Assembly: GCF_001194135.2 (NCBI RefSeq)
Contig: NC_068983.1
Coordinates: 72,472,833-72,536,832, forward strand
Length of the DNA: 64,000 nucleotides
From: Octopus bimaculoides
Taxonomy: Eukaryota
Direction of reading: 5' to 3'
Shown: positions 63,621 through 64,000 of the stretch, in pieces
Numbering within the stretch: the first letter of the stretch is position 1
Layout of the letters: each line of letters begins with the position of its first letter
Program-made: the position numbers and the translations under genes
The notes under the pieces: model-generated
Told to the model about the DNA's origin: nothing
The model's input: only the letters and a program-made list of their open reading frames with translations
Databases searched by the model: none

Positions 63621-64000
63621 CTCATCTCCCTGCTTTAATTATTAAGAACTCATTGAATAGTATCAACCTTCTCAAACTAAGGAAGCTGCTGTGACATCAC
63701 TCAACCTTCTAAAAATAACAGTCAAATCTCCCCCAAAACATATCCCACCAACTTTAAGAAAAGGAAGGACACATTAGATAATCTAGTCCTGGAAACAAAA
63801 TGATTGAAAATAAAAAGACAAGATAATCACTCCTGAAACATCCCTTGTCATAGGTATGTTGGATTAGAGCTGGCCTGGAGCTAAACTACAACAACCAATA
63901 TCTTCACAGGAACAAGATAAATCAGAAATAGAATTTTCTCTTTCATTTTTTTTTTTCTTGAGTGGAATGATGAGGAAGGTAGACGTTAACTTTGTAATGA

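Overview
AT-rich, repeat-saturated eukaryotic DNA, probably a long intron or intergenic region. The repeat families (RTE LINEs with (TGA)n tails, several tRNA-type SINEs, dense (TA)n/(CA)n/(AAT)n microsatellites) look like a coleoid cephalopod, probably Octopus; this assignment is inferred from memory of these families, not from a search. I found no host protein-coding gene I can support, and no rRNA, tRNA gene or CRISPR array. Nearly all listed ORFs are microsatellite translations or transposon debris. Supported content: RTE, CR1/L2-group, RLE (HERO-like) and Penelope-like retroelement fragments, a decayed Gypsy gag-protease, three mariner-family elements plus a MITE, a TIR- and TSD-complete hAT deletion derivative, and many SINEs. 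There are two N gaps, one flanked by an exact duplication that is probably an assembly artefact. Best leads: (1) a ~550-bp-arm inverted duplication at 30.6-33.7 kb with TSD-like flanks; (2) an RTE LINE with a twin-priming-type 5' inversion and a nested young SINE; (3) a near-perfect 135-nt hairpin at 18.9 kb; (4) a hammerhead-like core in a Penelope-like tail; (5) (AAT)n-associated elements sitting in SINE tails. I cannot claim a new biological system from sequence alone. All identities are estimates by eye.
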